From a virus: a stretch of 64,000 bases of DNA. Below are positions 21,744 to 32,052 of the stretch, one piece after another. Under the pieces are notes generated by a model that worked only from the letters and a program-made list of their open reading frames with translations, did not search any database and was not told where the DNA came from. Position numbers and translations under genes: made by a program. Each line of letters opens with the position of its first letter. The stretch's first letter is position 1. The stretch spans positions 14,692-78,691 of IMG/VR virus record IMGVR_UViG_3300025695_000007; one strand, written 5' to 3'.

Positions 21744-22073
21744 TTATACTAATTCGTACCTAACTAATCCAATTTCGTTCTCGCGTTTCGAAAGTTCAAT
21801 TTCGTGTATAGCTTTTAATTGGGTTAAAAACTCTTCTCCACCATTTGCTTGTATAACCCAATTTGCTAGAGTATCCGTACTTATTTGATCTACAGGAATA
21901 AAGGTATCTTGAGATAAAGCGGTTACATCGAGTACTGCTTCAACCATTCCTTGCGTTGAGACCCCGTTGCGAGAGAAAGTAATCTTTAAAAGTGCTTTTC
22001 CTACTACATTTGTAAAAGCTTCTTTTTCAGGATAGACAAATAAGTCTAGTATTTCATAAGTTGTTTCTATCAT
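21744..22073 (-). CDS. Hypothetical tail-fibre accessory protein
   Basis: GGAGG RBS; FIPVDQ...WV motif; follows tail-tip genes. Confidence 0.6.
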   Translation of the reverse strand: MIETTYEILDLFVYPEKEAFTNVVGKALLKITFSRNGVSTQGMVEAVLDVTALSQDTFIPVDQISTDTLANWVIQANGGEEFLTQLKAIHEIELSKRENEIGLVRYELV

Positions 22074-22104
22074 GTTGTTATTCCTCCATAAAAAGATATT
22101 ATTG

Positions 22105-22551
22105 CTATACTCTTGCTATATCTGCTACACTATAATTTACACCTCCAAGAGGTTGATTAGTAAATGTCCAAGTGCCGGGTTTTTTAAAATAGGTGTAACC
22201 ACCAACGCTGTAACTAAACGGGACTCCGAAAGAGGTACCACTAAACGATGCTATTTGTGCATTATTCCAGTATATTAGCACTGTCCAAGGGGAGCTTTGT
22301 CTTTGTGCCCATCCATAAATAGTACCAGAAAGACTGGCACTTGTATAAGTAACTTTAGTAGCCCCTCGCAACTCATACATACTTATAGTACTTCCGGATG
22401 CTGGATTTATTCCATCCGCACCAGAGTACTGACTATTCGCTGCTAAATATCTAATATTTGATGAATTAAGAGAGAGCGTAGCGTTTGAAGAATTGCCTAG
22501 CTCAGTATTTATATTAGCAAAACTAATTGATCCACTAGTTGGAAGAGTCAT
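22105..22551 (-). CDS. Putative receptor-binding/tip-associated protein
   Basis: MTLPTSGSISFANINTELG N-terminus, typical of genes that follow S74-chaperone fibres. Confidence 0.6.
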   Translation of the reverse strand: MTLPTSGSISFANINTELGNSSNATLSLNSSNIRYLAANSQYSGADGINPASGSTISMYELRGATKVTYTSASLSGTIYGWAQRQSSPWTVLIYWNNAQIASFSGTSFGVPFSYSVGGYTYFKKPGTWTFTNQPLGGVNYSVADIARV

Positions 22552-25500
22552 TCTTCAATTCCTCTACTTCAGCTTTTAATTCTTTAATTGCTTCTATTAA
22601 TAAACCTACTAAATTACCATAAGCAAGTGTTAGAGTGCCATCTTCTGTATGTCCTACAGCTTCTGGTAATATCTTCAATACGTCTTGTGCAATAAGTCCT
22701 GTTTGGCTTTCTCCTGTATCTATACGGTCAAATGTGTAACCTGTTAGTGCAGATACTTTCTCTAAAGCATTTGGTATTACCTCTAAATTTTGCTTTAGTT
22801 TAACATCTGAATAAGCAGTGATATTACCTCCAGCAGTAATAGCTCCACCAACAACTAAATTTAGAGCGAATAAACCTGTTCCATCTGATTGCAAAGTTAT
22901 GCCGGTATCGTTATACCCTCCTCCAAAATAAGCACTTCCATCTACGGTTAAGCTACCGTTAAACGATCCAGAGCCCGTGCTAGATATTGTGACCCCGCTA
23001 CTGCCATATCCTCCTGCAAATGTTGAAGTACTACCAGAAGAAAATGTTCCTTTTACTATAACATTTCCATCGAACGATCCAGAGCCCGTGCTAGATAGTG
23101 TGACGCCGCTGCTGCCATAGCCTCCTCCAACATTAAGACTTGTTGGATTAAAACTCCCTGCTGTTATACTTCCATCTACGATCAGATTTCCATTAAACGA
23201 TCCAGATCCCGTATCAGATATTGTAACCCCGCTACTACCGTATCCTCCCGCAAAATTAGTTGTAGAGTATGTATCGAAAATACCGTCTACTCTAGCGGTT
23301 CCACGAAAATGTGAGGTAGTCTTAGTAAGAGTAGTTCCGTCATAAAAAGAACCTCCACCAATATAAATTTGACCTCCAGTTGCAACTTCAAGAGTAGGTA
23401 ATCCATTTTGTCTAACAAGAAAAGCTGAAGTACCTTCACCAATTTTTACCACCATATCATTGTTATCGGCCCAAGAAGCAGTGGAATTTTTGTAGAAAGA
23501 CGCAACAATTCCGCTGGTAGAGGCAAAAGCTGCTGCAGATGTAGAAGAAGTTCCTGCAGTAGATATAGCCACAAGAGCCGTAGAGTTAGTAGTATCTGTA
23601 GTCGTAAATAAGCCCGCAGTAGTATAGTTAGTGCTCTCTACAGCTATACCAGTGGTCGATAGCCCAAAAGAATAATCTGTCTCAACTGTTCTAACCCCAC
23701 TTTTTATTTTATCTACGGTTAAAGTATTGGTTTGTATAAATCCGCCATCTATTTGGGTTACAGTAGCTCCATTATACTCTAATTCATTTGATCCTCCAGT
23801 ACCTGTTCCAGAGCTAAAGGTTACAACGCCTGCAAAATTATGTCCTAAAGTAGCGGAATCAATGCTTAGCCCTGTACTTGTAGAATTTGCAGTAGTTTCC
23901 AAAGCTTTCCATCTACGTACATAGTATTGTGCGCTGGTACCTGCCCCCATTTCTGGAGGTATAGTGTTCCATTGAGTACTACCTGTGCCTATATTTGTAC
24001 CTGAAACAGCTCCTGTACTCCATGTATAAATACCGCTCGGAGTAGTTGCAGGAGTTCCTGCAGATTGATAATATAAGTACCCCTCTGCTCTTCTTAGCCC
24101 ATTTGCTCCTGTAGCTCCCGGTAGCCCATTTGTTCCTGCACTAGATTTACTAAAAGTTTGTTTTTGAGTACCAGTAACTAAGTTCTCTATATTAAGTGTA
24201 TAAGTAATTAGTGCGGTATCGGCAGTCATGTTACTATGATCACCAATTGTAAACGGGTTACCAGTAACACTTGTAGTTCCTGCAGTAATATTACTTGCAC
24301 TTACACTTACAGAAAATTGTCCTGCAGCAGGTGTACCTGTAACACTATTTAATTCTACGCCACCTTTATATACTTCTATAGAAGTTCCCGATTCAGAATA
24401 AGTACTAACAGTTCCAGAACTGTCAGCTGTAAAAGAGTGAGCTGCATTGGTCATAACTACCGTATAACCATCTATACCATCGTCGCCGTCTACCCCATCG
24501 GCCACGTAAAATATAGATATAGTATCAAAAGCTATTTCAGTCGTAGGAGCTGCAGCCTCTGCTACTCCTACACGAATGCTTAAAGGATTCCCTGCCCAAC
24601 CAGAAGATAGACTTGGAATAGTATAACTAAATGTATCAGAATCTCCTGTTCCATCAGTATAAGAGGTTTCGTCAGTTATACCGTCTCCTGTAAACTTAAA
24701 GTAAGGGTCTGTAAAGTTTGAAGCAGTTGCAGTAAATGTTAAAGTGCCGCTAGGAGAAGGATTTGCTCCTGTATCATCATAAACTACAGAGTAGTCATTA
24801 GAAGTTAAACGAACTAACTTTCCTGCCCCGCCTGCTGCTCCGTCTTTTACAAAAGGTATAGTAATATCTGCAGTAGACTGTTTGTTTGTATTACTTTCAT
24901 CTAGTTCTTCCGCTACTGTGACAGAGAATACTAAGTCGGTTAAACTATACTCATCTACTTTATCAAGAGTTTTTGTAGCTACAAAGTTCGTTCCAGCAGA
25001 AAATACAGTATCTGCTGTCTGAGATATTTCAGAATTATCAAACCCGGTTCCTGTAAATTTAAACACAGGATTTTTATACCCAAAAGCAGTAGCAGTTAAT
25101 ATTAAATTAGTATAGTTAGTAGTGAGTACTTCATCCCCATCAAAATTAAGGAAAGTAGGATTTACAGTAAGTATAACATTTCTAGGAGACTTGCCTAAAT
25201 CTGGATTTATAGCTAAATTTATAGGGTACGCCTTAAAAGTCCCGCTGTCATTTCTAACTGAATAAATAACAGAATCATCATTCTTATTAAATCTAAATTC
25301 ATTTCTATATGCTTCTACGGAAGATATAGCAGTAGAAAAGCTCTTATCTATACGAACATCTGTGGCTGAAGCAATATAAACTACTTTAGCTGCTTGAGTG
25401 CTGCTAAACTTAATAATATCTCCGACCTGAAGAGAAGTATCAAAACCACTACCAGTAACTTTATTTGAGTCTGCAGATACACTTACTGTTCCTATAGAAG

Positions 25501-28500
25501 TCCAGTTACTTGTGTGCGTAGTATTTCCTGTTCCTGCGTTATAGAAATATCCATACCCTAAGTCTTGGTCTTTGTAGTATTTAATCAGCTTGAGTGGATC
25601 AGTATCGTCTCCATCAATCATTATGTAATGAGAAGCAAGCTCTGCCTCATCATTCGTAAAGGTAGAGAAATCTAAAGAAGGTATAGTACTACAATCCTGA
25701 GTATACTCAGTTACAGGAATACCATCAAACGTTCTTACTAATTGAGGATTGCCTATAGGGGATAAAGAGTATGCCTTATCCTCTAAAGTAAAAGTACCTA
25801 CAGAAGTTACAAATGCAGGAGACGATAAAACTCCTCCCAAAGCCATGCCAAACACTCGAGGAACGGCTTGGCGTGCAGGATCCTCTATAGTGAAGGTTGT
25901 TTTTGTAGTATCTGATCTTCTTCCGTTTTGGGCTACTGTACGAACTGCAAGCGTAAAAGTACCTATCGGTAAATCTAACCCTGATAAGCTAGTTTGATTT
26001 CTAGAAACTTTAAGAGTAGTAGGGAACCCAGGAATATTACCTGAAACCTCAAAATAATCTATATAATCATAAACATTACCGTTTGAGTCTAGGGGGTTGT
26101 CCCAACTTAAAATAACGTCATCTTTTAGTTGCCCAGAATTTAAATCACTAATTATTACATAAGCATTACGAGGCGCAGGAATACTTTCCGTCGAATCAGG
26201 AGGACTGAAAACAGGGTCTTGAGTAGATAATACAAAATTATCGTCTACAGCCGCATATTTTTCATTATAAAACTCTACTGCAGTAATTCCATAAATGTTC
26301 TTAGACTCTTCAGATATAGAAAGAATCTTATACATTTTTTTAGAGCCTTCTACTTCTACGCCAGAAATACTTTCTTTCAATACCCAAACACTTTCTGCGC
26401 TTGGAGTAGTAGAGAACGCACCACTAACAGTAAGAGAAGTTATTCCCGTGCCAGAAGCTGTAGAAACTGTTTGAGTCTCTACATTTGTATAAGGCTTCCA
26501 AGTTACGTCTACATAATCACCACTATCGTCGAGTATATTACTCGCCTCATTTTCTGTATCAATAGTTGCACCCTCGATTACATCTCCACGAGAGTAGGAA
26601 ACGGTTCCAATAGTAGCAGATTCTTGAGCAAGAGTAGCAACGCTATCAGTAAACAGTACACTAAGTTCATAGTCTGAGCCAGAGTTTAGCTCAATCTCAC
26701 GATCCAAAGGTATTGTTGTAGTGTTACGAGTACCTGTATTACTAACTCGTCCACTATATTTTAAATTGCCTGGATAACGATCAGAGTCTTGAACATTGAT
26801 AATATCCCCCGGAGCTATAAACGCTGCATTGATTGCTGTCTTGAAAGATACAAGCTCAGTTTGATTAACAGCCGTCCACAGTTTCCAACGACCATATCGA
26901 AGTGCTTGACCTTCAGTAGTTGCGCCAAAAGCTACTGCTTCTTCAGAGATAATTCTACCAGTGTTAATAATATTGTCACGATCTTCTACTATTAGATTCT
27001 CTAGCTTATAGTTTGCTGCAGGGTTATTCCAAGTTACAACTATTTGATTTGCACGAGTTTTACTGCCAGTAGTCTCATATCCAAATGCTCCATCAATAAC
27101 ATTTGATTTTGAGAAGTTATAAATAGGATCGCCAGGCTGGTCAGTAACAGTATAAACCTCACCATCCATCCAATAGATCATGCTTCGGAATACAGTGGCT
27201 AAGTCTTTTACTATTTTATAAGCATCAGACGCCTGCGTAAAGTAAACATTTGTAGTAAATCGAGGCTCAAAACCACCTGCCCCGTCAGGAACGAGTTCAT
27301 CACAGTATCGTGCAATTCGATAAAGAGCGTATTTATCAATCTCATCTTCATTCAACCAATCTCCAAGACCATAACGATTGTTTGTAAGAATATCGTAGAA
27401 TACCCAAGCAGGATTGTTTGTATAAACTTTATCCGCACGGAAATTTCCATCCCAGTCTTGATAAGATGAAGTGATAGCACCCGTAGATACGTTTCGATTG
27501 TATGTAGCAGTACTGTTTACACCTTCATCTCTCGTAACATAGTTTGAAGGTACTTTTACTTTTATGCCCTTACAGTGGTAAGTTCGAGTAGGAACATTCT
27601 GAAAATCTTTTGAGTTTATTCTTACTTTTGCCATTGCAGTAAGAGGATAAGAAAGATTTTCTTTAATAATACTATTTAAAGAGGTAATTGAACCATCAGA
27701 CTGAGTAGTATAATTAGTATTTACAGTATTTGTTCCAGCATTGTAGGCTTGGTCGTTATTTGTAGTACGTGTTATCTTTACCTTAAAATCTGTAAAAGGC
27801 TGGTACTGTCGCATATCTATTATTTCTTCAAATATGCGAGGAGCGTTACTTTGAGCTAAGTGCTCAACATTTTGAGTTATATTTTGGTAAGCCCCAAAAG
27901 CACCATCTCTCTCTACTGCAACATACATATTGTATCGTACAGTTGCTGCTGTCTGCTCACCTTTTTCGTTACGATTCCATAGCTGCCCGTATGTAAAAGT
28001 TACTCGAACTTCATCTACTTCTTCTGCTTGAGCTGTTGTAAGTCCAAAGCCAGAAGCAGACGTACCTGTGTACTCTACAGTAGGATTATCTGTTTCTCCA
28101 GTGTCTGCATAAAGAACAGGGCTAAAAGGAGAAAAAGAGCCTCCAGGTCCTAATGCTATAGAGCCTACGCCTGTTCCTGCAGCATCTGAAAAAGCAGGCT
28201 GTATTAAGTTACCGTTTCTAAACTGTACATCAAAGCTGTTGTGTTTTGAACCACTAGATACTCGATCAATAAGAGAAACTGTCTCATAGCTTGTACCGCT
28301 CAAATCACACTTATAACTACCAGTATTACCTGGAAAATTAGAGGCAAGAGTTAAAGTATTCGAAGATATAGAGCTTACTTGAAACTTTCCATCAACAACT
28401 ACAGTATATGTTCCGTTTGATAGAGCAGGATTAAGATCCATGCCAGGTAAAGGAATACATTTAGCCACTGTACTAGAAGTATAACTTTCTACGTATCCTT

Positions 28501-29683
28501 CAAATACCGTGCTTGAGTTTGAGTCCAATAGACGAATTATTGCTACTTGAGCAAAGTTTGTTCTATCATACTCCATTGCAGCAGTAAATATTCCAGTACT
28601 GGAAGTAATTGTTACAGAGTTTGCAGACCCCGTTACTGAACTACGAACAACAGAAGCTGAGCTCGAGCCATAGTTTCTTACAATAATAAACTTAGTACCA
28701 TTTTCAGTATCGGCTTCTATATCTTTAGTATGCCCATTTCTATCGATAGTTACAGAAGTGCTATTAAGTGTAAAGTCAAACTCTACTGGAGTTTCTGATA
28801 ATCTTACAAAACTTTGTGCAGTTACTTGGGCAGGGTCGTCATTTAGAAATACAGAAGTACCTCCATCTACGAGTCCATAGATAGGGCCTTCTGAGATGAT
28901 ATCAGTAAAAAGAATGTCTTGGCTATTTCTAGATGCAGTTACGCCTGTTATAGGATCTATTACTTGGCTTATATTTCCGCCGTTTCTCTCCATCTGGTCT
29001 TCGAAGTATCCTTCTATATCACCTTTTGGAAGATTTATTATTTCTCCATTGTATGTTATGGTATTGTCACTAGACGTGATTCTCTTTGACCCATGAATCA
29101 TTTCAAAAGATACAGGATATCCAGGAACACGAAGCTCTCCATAAAGAAGAGGAATAGGCATACCTTCGACAATGTTTTGTTCTGCTCCATTAAATAAGTA
29201 GCCTTCATCTTCTTGATCTACTGCAGGGTCAGGAGCCATAAGTTGCTGAATGCCAGTTATAGCTAGGTTTGTTGCTAAAGCAAGAGCAGCATTTGCCAAA
29301 GTGGCAGGTACCCAACTAGTAGTGACAGAGGTCATATAGGTATAAAGACTCATTCCTCCAGTTGGTATAAATAGTATTGCAGCAATCAATGCTGCTGTAA
29401 GAATCTTGGCTCCCCCAGATTTAGAACCGGCAGCAATAGGAGTAATAATTATATCGCCTTCACGAAGAGGCAGTAAACATTCTAAGGGCGAGTCAAGTTC
29501 CTGTCCGCCAACTTCAATATGAAAACCAATATCACACTCAGCAGCATCTATAAAATATTTCTTAAGTCCAGGCTTATTTGCATCTAGTAGACGCAGGGCA
29601 TCCTTAACGCTATCTCCATAAAAAGAGTGCTGTGCTCCAAATTTTAAAGCGAGTTCGCCTTCAAGATAAATGCTACGTTTCAT
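22535..29683 (-). CDS. Tail tip protein: gpI-like + gpJ-like + fibre + peptidase S74 chaperone
   Basis: N-terminal gpI features (YLFNG...GMPIPLLYGE); gpJ motifs ISEGPI, YTNNPAW, EPRF; C-terminal YSDVKLK, GLIAQDV, LIEAIKEL. Confidence 0.9.
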   Translation of the reverse strand: MKRSIYLEGELALKFGAQHSFYGDSVKDALRLLDANKPGLKKYFIDAAECDIGFHIEVGGQELDSPLECLLPLREGDIIITPIAAGSKSGGAKILTAALIAAILFIPTGGMSLYTYMTSVTTSWVPATLANAALALATNLAITGIQQLMAPDPAVDQEDEGYLFNGAEQNIVEGMPIPLLYGELRVPGYPVSFEMIHGSKRITSSDNTITYNGEIINLPKGDIEGYFEDQMERNGGNISQVIDPITGVTASRNSQDILFTDIISEGPIYGLVDGGTSVFLNDDPAQVTAQSFVRLSETPVEFDFTLNSTSVTIDRNGHTKDIEADTENGTKFIIVRNYGSSSASVVRSSVTGSANSVTITSSTGIFTAAMEYDRTNFAQVAIIRLLDSNSSTVFEGYVESYTSSTVAKCIPLPGMDLNPALSNGTYTVVVDGKFQVSSISSNTLTLASNFPGNTGSYKCDLSGTSYETVSLIDRVSSGSKHNSFDVQFRNGNLIQPAFSDAAGTGVGSIALGPGGSFSPFSPVLYADTGETDNPTVEYTGTSASGFGLTTAQAEEVDEVRVTFTYGQLWNRNEKGEQTAATVRYNMYVAVERDGAFGAYQNITQNVEHLAQSNAPRIFEEIIDMRQYQPFTDFKVKITRTTNNDQAYNAGTNTVNTNYTTQSDGSITSLNSIIKENLSYPLTAMAKVRINSKDFQNVPTRTYHCKGIKVKVPSNYVTRDEGVNSTATYNRNVSTGAITSSYQDWDGNFRADKVYTNNPAWVFYDILTNNRYGLGDWLNEDEIDKYALYRIARYCDELVPDGAGGFEPRFTTNVYFTQASDAYKIVKDLATVFRSMIYWMDGEVYTVTDQPGDPIYNFSKSNVIDGAFGYETTGSKTRANQIVVTWNNPAANYKLENLIVEDRDNIINTGRIISEEAVAFGATTEGQALRYGRWKLWTAVNQTELVSFKTAINAAFIAPGDIINVQDSDRYPGNLKYSGRVSNTGTRNTTTIPLDREIELNSGSDYELSVLFTDSVATLAQESATIGTVSYSRGDVIEGATIDTENEASNILDDSGDYVDVTWKPYTNVETQTVSTASGTGITSLTVSGAFSTTPSAESVWVLKESISGVEVEGSKKMYKILSISEESKNIYGITAVEFYNEKYAAVDDNFVLSTQDPVFSPPDSTESIPAPRNAYVIISDLNSGQLKDDVILSWDNPLDSNGNVYDYIDYFEVSGNIPGFPTTLKVSRNQTSLSGLDLPIGTFTLAVRTVAQNGRRSDTTKTTFTIEDPARQAVPRVFGMALGGVLSSPAFVTSVGTFTLEDKAYSLSPIGNPQLVRTFDGIPVTEYTQDCSTIPSLDFSTFTNDEAELASHYIMIDGDDTDPLKLIKYYKDQDLGYGYFYNAGTGNTTHTSNWTSIGTVSVSADSNKVTGSGFDTSLQVGDIIKFSSTQAAKVVYIASATDVRIDKSFSTAISSVEAYRNEFRFNKNDDSVIYSVRNDSGTFKAYPINLAINPDLGKSPRNVILTVNPTFLNFDGDEVLTTNYTNLILTATAFGYKNPVFKFTGTGFDNSEISQTADTVFSAGTNFVATKTLDKVDEYSLTDLVFSVTVAEELDESNTNKQSTADITIPFVKDGAAGGAGKLVRLTSNDYSVVYDDTGANPSPSGTLTFTATASNFTDPYFKFTGDGITDETSYTDGTGDSDTFSYTIPSLSSGWAGNPLSIRVGVAEAAAPTTEIAFDTISIFYVADGVDGDDGIDGYTVVMTNAAHSFTADSSGTVSTYSESGTSIEVYKGGVELNSVTGTPAAGQFSVSVSASNITAGTTSVTGNPFTIGDHSNMTADTALITYTLNIENLVTGTQKQTFSKSSAGTNGLPGATGANGLRRAEGYLYYQSAGTPATTPSGIYTWSTGAVSGTNIGTGSTQWNTIPPEMGAGTSAQYYVRRWKALETTANSTSTGLSIDSATLGHNFAGVVTFSSGTGTGGSNELEYNGATVTQIDGGFIQTNTLTVDKIKSGVRTVETDYSFGLSTTGIAVESTNYTTAGLFTTTDTTNSTALVAISTAGTSSTSAAAFASTSGIVASFYKNSTASWADNNDMVVKIGEGTSAFLVRQNGLPTLEVATGGQIYIGGGSFYDGTTLTKTTSHFRGTARVDGIFDTYSTTNFAGGYGSSGVTISDTGSGSFNGNLIVDGSITAGSFNPTSLNVGGGYGSSGVTLSSTGSGSFDGNVIVKGTFSSGSTSTFAGGYGSSGVTISSTGSGSFNGSLTVDGSAYFGGGYNDTGITLQSDGTGLFALNLVVGGAITAGGNITAYSDVKLKQNLEVIPNALEKVSALTGYTFDRIDTGESQTGLIAQDVLKILPEAVGHTEDGTLTLAYGNLVGLLIEAIKELKAEVEELKNDSSN
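22870..23260 (-). repeat. Four 35-40 aa coding repeats (GGYGSSGVTISxTGSGSF)
   Basis: Three close copies about 120 bp apart plus one degenerate copy. Confidence 0.8.
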
Positions 29684-30362
29684 ATCTGTATATTCCAGTT
29701 AAGTACTTTTTCCATAAAGGATATAAATTTTCTCTACAAGAAAGTCTATTTACGGCATGATGAAAGAAAATATCATTACCAGTGTAGACCCCGCAATGGT
29801 TGGGAACCGAAGCTCCCATTGTAAATATCAATAAATCATTGGGCTGTAAGTTTTCTACTTTACTAAATCCCCATTCTTGAATATGTTCGTCTGTAAAGTA
29901 GTTATGCCCGTGTTCCCACCAATCATCTAAGTAGGGTAATCTGTTCTGTAATTCTAAACCTAAGTACTCTTTGTAATAGTCCTTACACGCCTCAAGACAG
30001 TCAAACTTACCAAACTCATACTCTCGTCCTATTAAAGGATTGACTTTTACTTTTGGTTCCAGTATATTTAATTTCATATCTGGATAGCTAAAAATATAGT
30101 AAGGTATTCCTAAAGAATTACAGTATTTTTTATCGTTCTCACTTGCTTCATTCGTCCAGTCTATATGGTTATGGACTATTGCGAAAATATCCGCCCGCCT
30201 CTTTACTGAAATATAGTCTGTAGGATCAAGTACAAAGTCTTCGTCTTCTTCTGCTAAATTTTTACAAGGAAAATATTGCTTTTTACCTTTTACTATTGCA
30301 ATTATACCACAAGCCTCTCGTGGAAATTCTCCCCTAAAGTGCTCCTGAATCTCATCAATCAT
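29673..30362 (-). CDS. Tail assembly protein K-like (JAB + NlpC/P60)
   Basis: PREACG, HNH...SEND, FDC, NHCGVY. Confidence 0.92.
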   Translation of the reverse strand: MIDEIQEHFRGEFPREACGIIAIVKGKKQYFPCKNLAEEDEDFVLDPTDYISVKRRADIFAIVHNHIDWTNEASENDKKYCNSLGIPYYIFSYPDMKLNILEPKVKVNPLIGREYEFGKFDCLEACKDYYKEYLGLELQNRLPYLDDWWEHGHNYFTDEHIQEWGFSKVENLQPNDLLIFTMGASVPNHCGVYTGNDIFFHHAVNRLSCRENLYPLWKKYLTGIYRYET

Positions 30363-31360
30363 CTAAACTTTCGGCTTCCTATAAATGCTCCAAAAGGTAA
30401 TATTTTGCCAGTATTTTTCTCGGTAGAAGGATCTGAATTACTACCACTGGGAGACTGAGGTTTAAATTGGAATCTACATTTACATGAAGATAGTTTTTTA
30501 CCGCACACATCTCCCTTCGACCAATAAATAGAGTTTAATCCAGGGGCGTTGCCTGTGCTAGCAAGATTGCATTTCCATACTGTTATTTGATTTCCATCGT
30601 CATACTCTACGTACTGTCCCGCAGAATAAGCGGTTCCAGCAGAATAAGTAGTATAAGTTTTATATTGTCCGGCTGTCCAACCTGTCATAGTAGAACCTGC
30701 AGGAACTATGGGCTCGTCATCTTCTGTAAAATATGCCTTGTGCGTATTGACCCCGCCAGCGCCATCTGCATAAGAAACCACACTATTCTTATCCCAAATA
30801 CAGCCGCCTTTTTGTGCTAAACTATAACCTTGATATTGCCAAGAACAGTACTTTCCTATAACCTTTCTATTAGGTAAAGTTATTCCTGATAGATCATAAG
30901 GAGCTGCTAGTTCATAAGTTACTGCAGTATTACTTTCTCCAGAGATTCTATCAATAATAAACTTACGAATAGGAAACTCTACGGGCGGACTAGCGTCCCC
31001 TATTTCTCCTACTAAGTATTTTTTAAGAGTAGTGCGTTTTGTAACTCTTTCGCCTACAAGATTCTCTGCTTTAATATTACCTATTGCTGCTGAGAAAGTA
31101 TTTGCTACATTTGCAACTGTTAGACTAGGTCGATTAATAGCTCCATCAGCACCTAACTCTACCCCGTCCATTACAATTGGAAACGCAACATACTCTCTTA
31201 TAGTATAAGGACTAGTACGATCTCTAAACTGTACAGTACTTAAATCTTCTTCTAAGCCTGAGTGAAAGTATAGAGTTGTGCCTTCTATAGTAATCTCATA
31301 AAGCTCTACTAGCTCACTTCCAGGTTCTTGTAGTTGTATTACTTCAATTAACTCGCTCAT
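30359..31360 (-). CDS. Minor tail protein L-like
   Basis: RPSLTVAN, CSWQY...C, DVCGKKLSSCKCRF, LPFGAF. Confidence 0.92.
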   Translation of the reverse strand: MSELIEVIQLQEPGSELVELYEITIEGTTLYFHSGLEEDLSTVQFRDRTSPYTIREYVAFPIVMDGVELGADGAINRPSLTVANVANTFSAAIGNIKAENLVGERVTKRTTLKKYLVGEIGDASPPVEFPIRKFIIDRISGESNTAVTYELAAPYDLSGITLPNRKVIGKYCSWQYQGYSLAQKGGCIWDKNSVVSYADGAGGVNTHKAYFTEDDEPIVPAGSTMTGWTAGQYKTYTTYSAGTAYSAGQYVEYDDGNQITVWKCNLASTGNAPGLNSIYWSKGDVCGKKLSSCKCRFQFKPQSPSGSNSDPSTEKNTGKILPFGAFIGSRKFR

Positions 31361-31749
31361 GCTTCATATACTCGTCTAAAAGTTGCTGATACTGAATAAA
31401 ATCCATCATGCTGGTAACTTTGACTATAGTTTTGACAAACTACTTTAATTGCTAATTCTCCACCGACAGCGTTATCATCTGGTATTGTATAAGTAAAAGA
31501 AGTAACTCCTTTTAAAGATGCAAAGTATCCAGTAATACCATCAATCTCTGCTGCAGTACGATTATTAAACGTCACACTAAAAGTTTCGTCTATAGAATTA
31601 ATACCGTCAGCAAGACGTTGCTCATAGCCATCTCCAAACTTAGCCACAAGTACACGAGGGGTAGACTGTCTTCCAATACCCCTGTCGGGCAGTATTTCTA
31701 ATTCTCCCCCGACAGCGTTCTCATCTGGTATTTTAAATCCTAGTGCCAT
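31357..31749 (-). CDS. Minor tail protein M-like
   Basis: KFGDGYEQRLADGIN, ATFRRVYE. Confidence 0.9.
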   Translation of the reverse strand: MALGFKIPDENAVGGELEILPDRGIGRQSTPRVLVAKFGDGYEQRLADGINSIDETFSVTFNNRTAAEIDGITGYFASLKGVTSFTYTIPDDNAVGGELAIKVVCQNYSQSYQHDGFYSVSATFRRVYEA

Positions 31750-31767
31750 TTTGTTACTCCCTGTAGG

Positions 31768-32052
31768 TTACTTACCTATACTTTCTTTTTGATACCTTAA
31801 ATCAGTTTGTATTATTAAAACTTGTTTTTGCAAATCTATTACTTGTTCTTCAAGTTTTCTAATGTCTGGAAATACATAATTGTTTTGATTGCTTCTAAGG
31901 CTTTTTGTTTCATCATAATTATTATCAATTTTTTCCATCACAGTTGCATACCCCCAAGTAGCAACCGACACTATAGCAAGAATTTGTATTAACCAGACTA
32001 TGCTTATAGTGATTTCTGACTTATCATTAAGTTCAGGTGGCTTTGATGTCAT
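31768..32052 (-). CDS. Hypothetical protein (one TM segment + coiled coil)
   Basis: TAATG-coupled to tape measure; hydrophobic N-terminal stretch. Confidence 0.6.
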   Translation of the reverse strand: MTSKPPELNDKSEITISIVWLIQILAIVSVATWGYATVMEKIDNNYDETKSLRSNQNNYVFPDIRKLEEQVIDLQKQVLIIQTDLRYQKESIGK

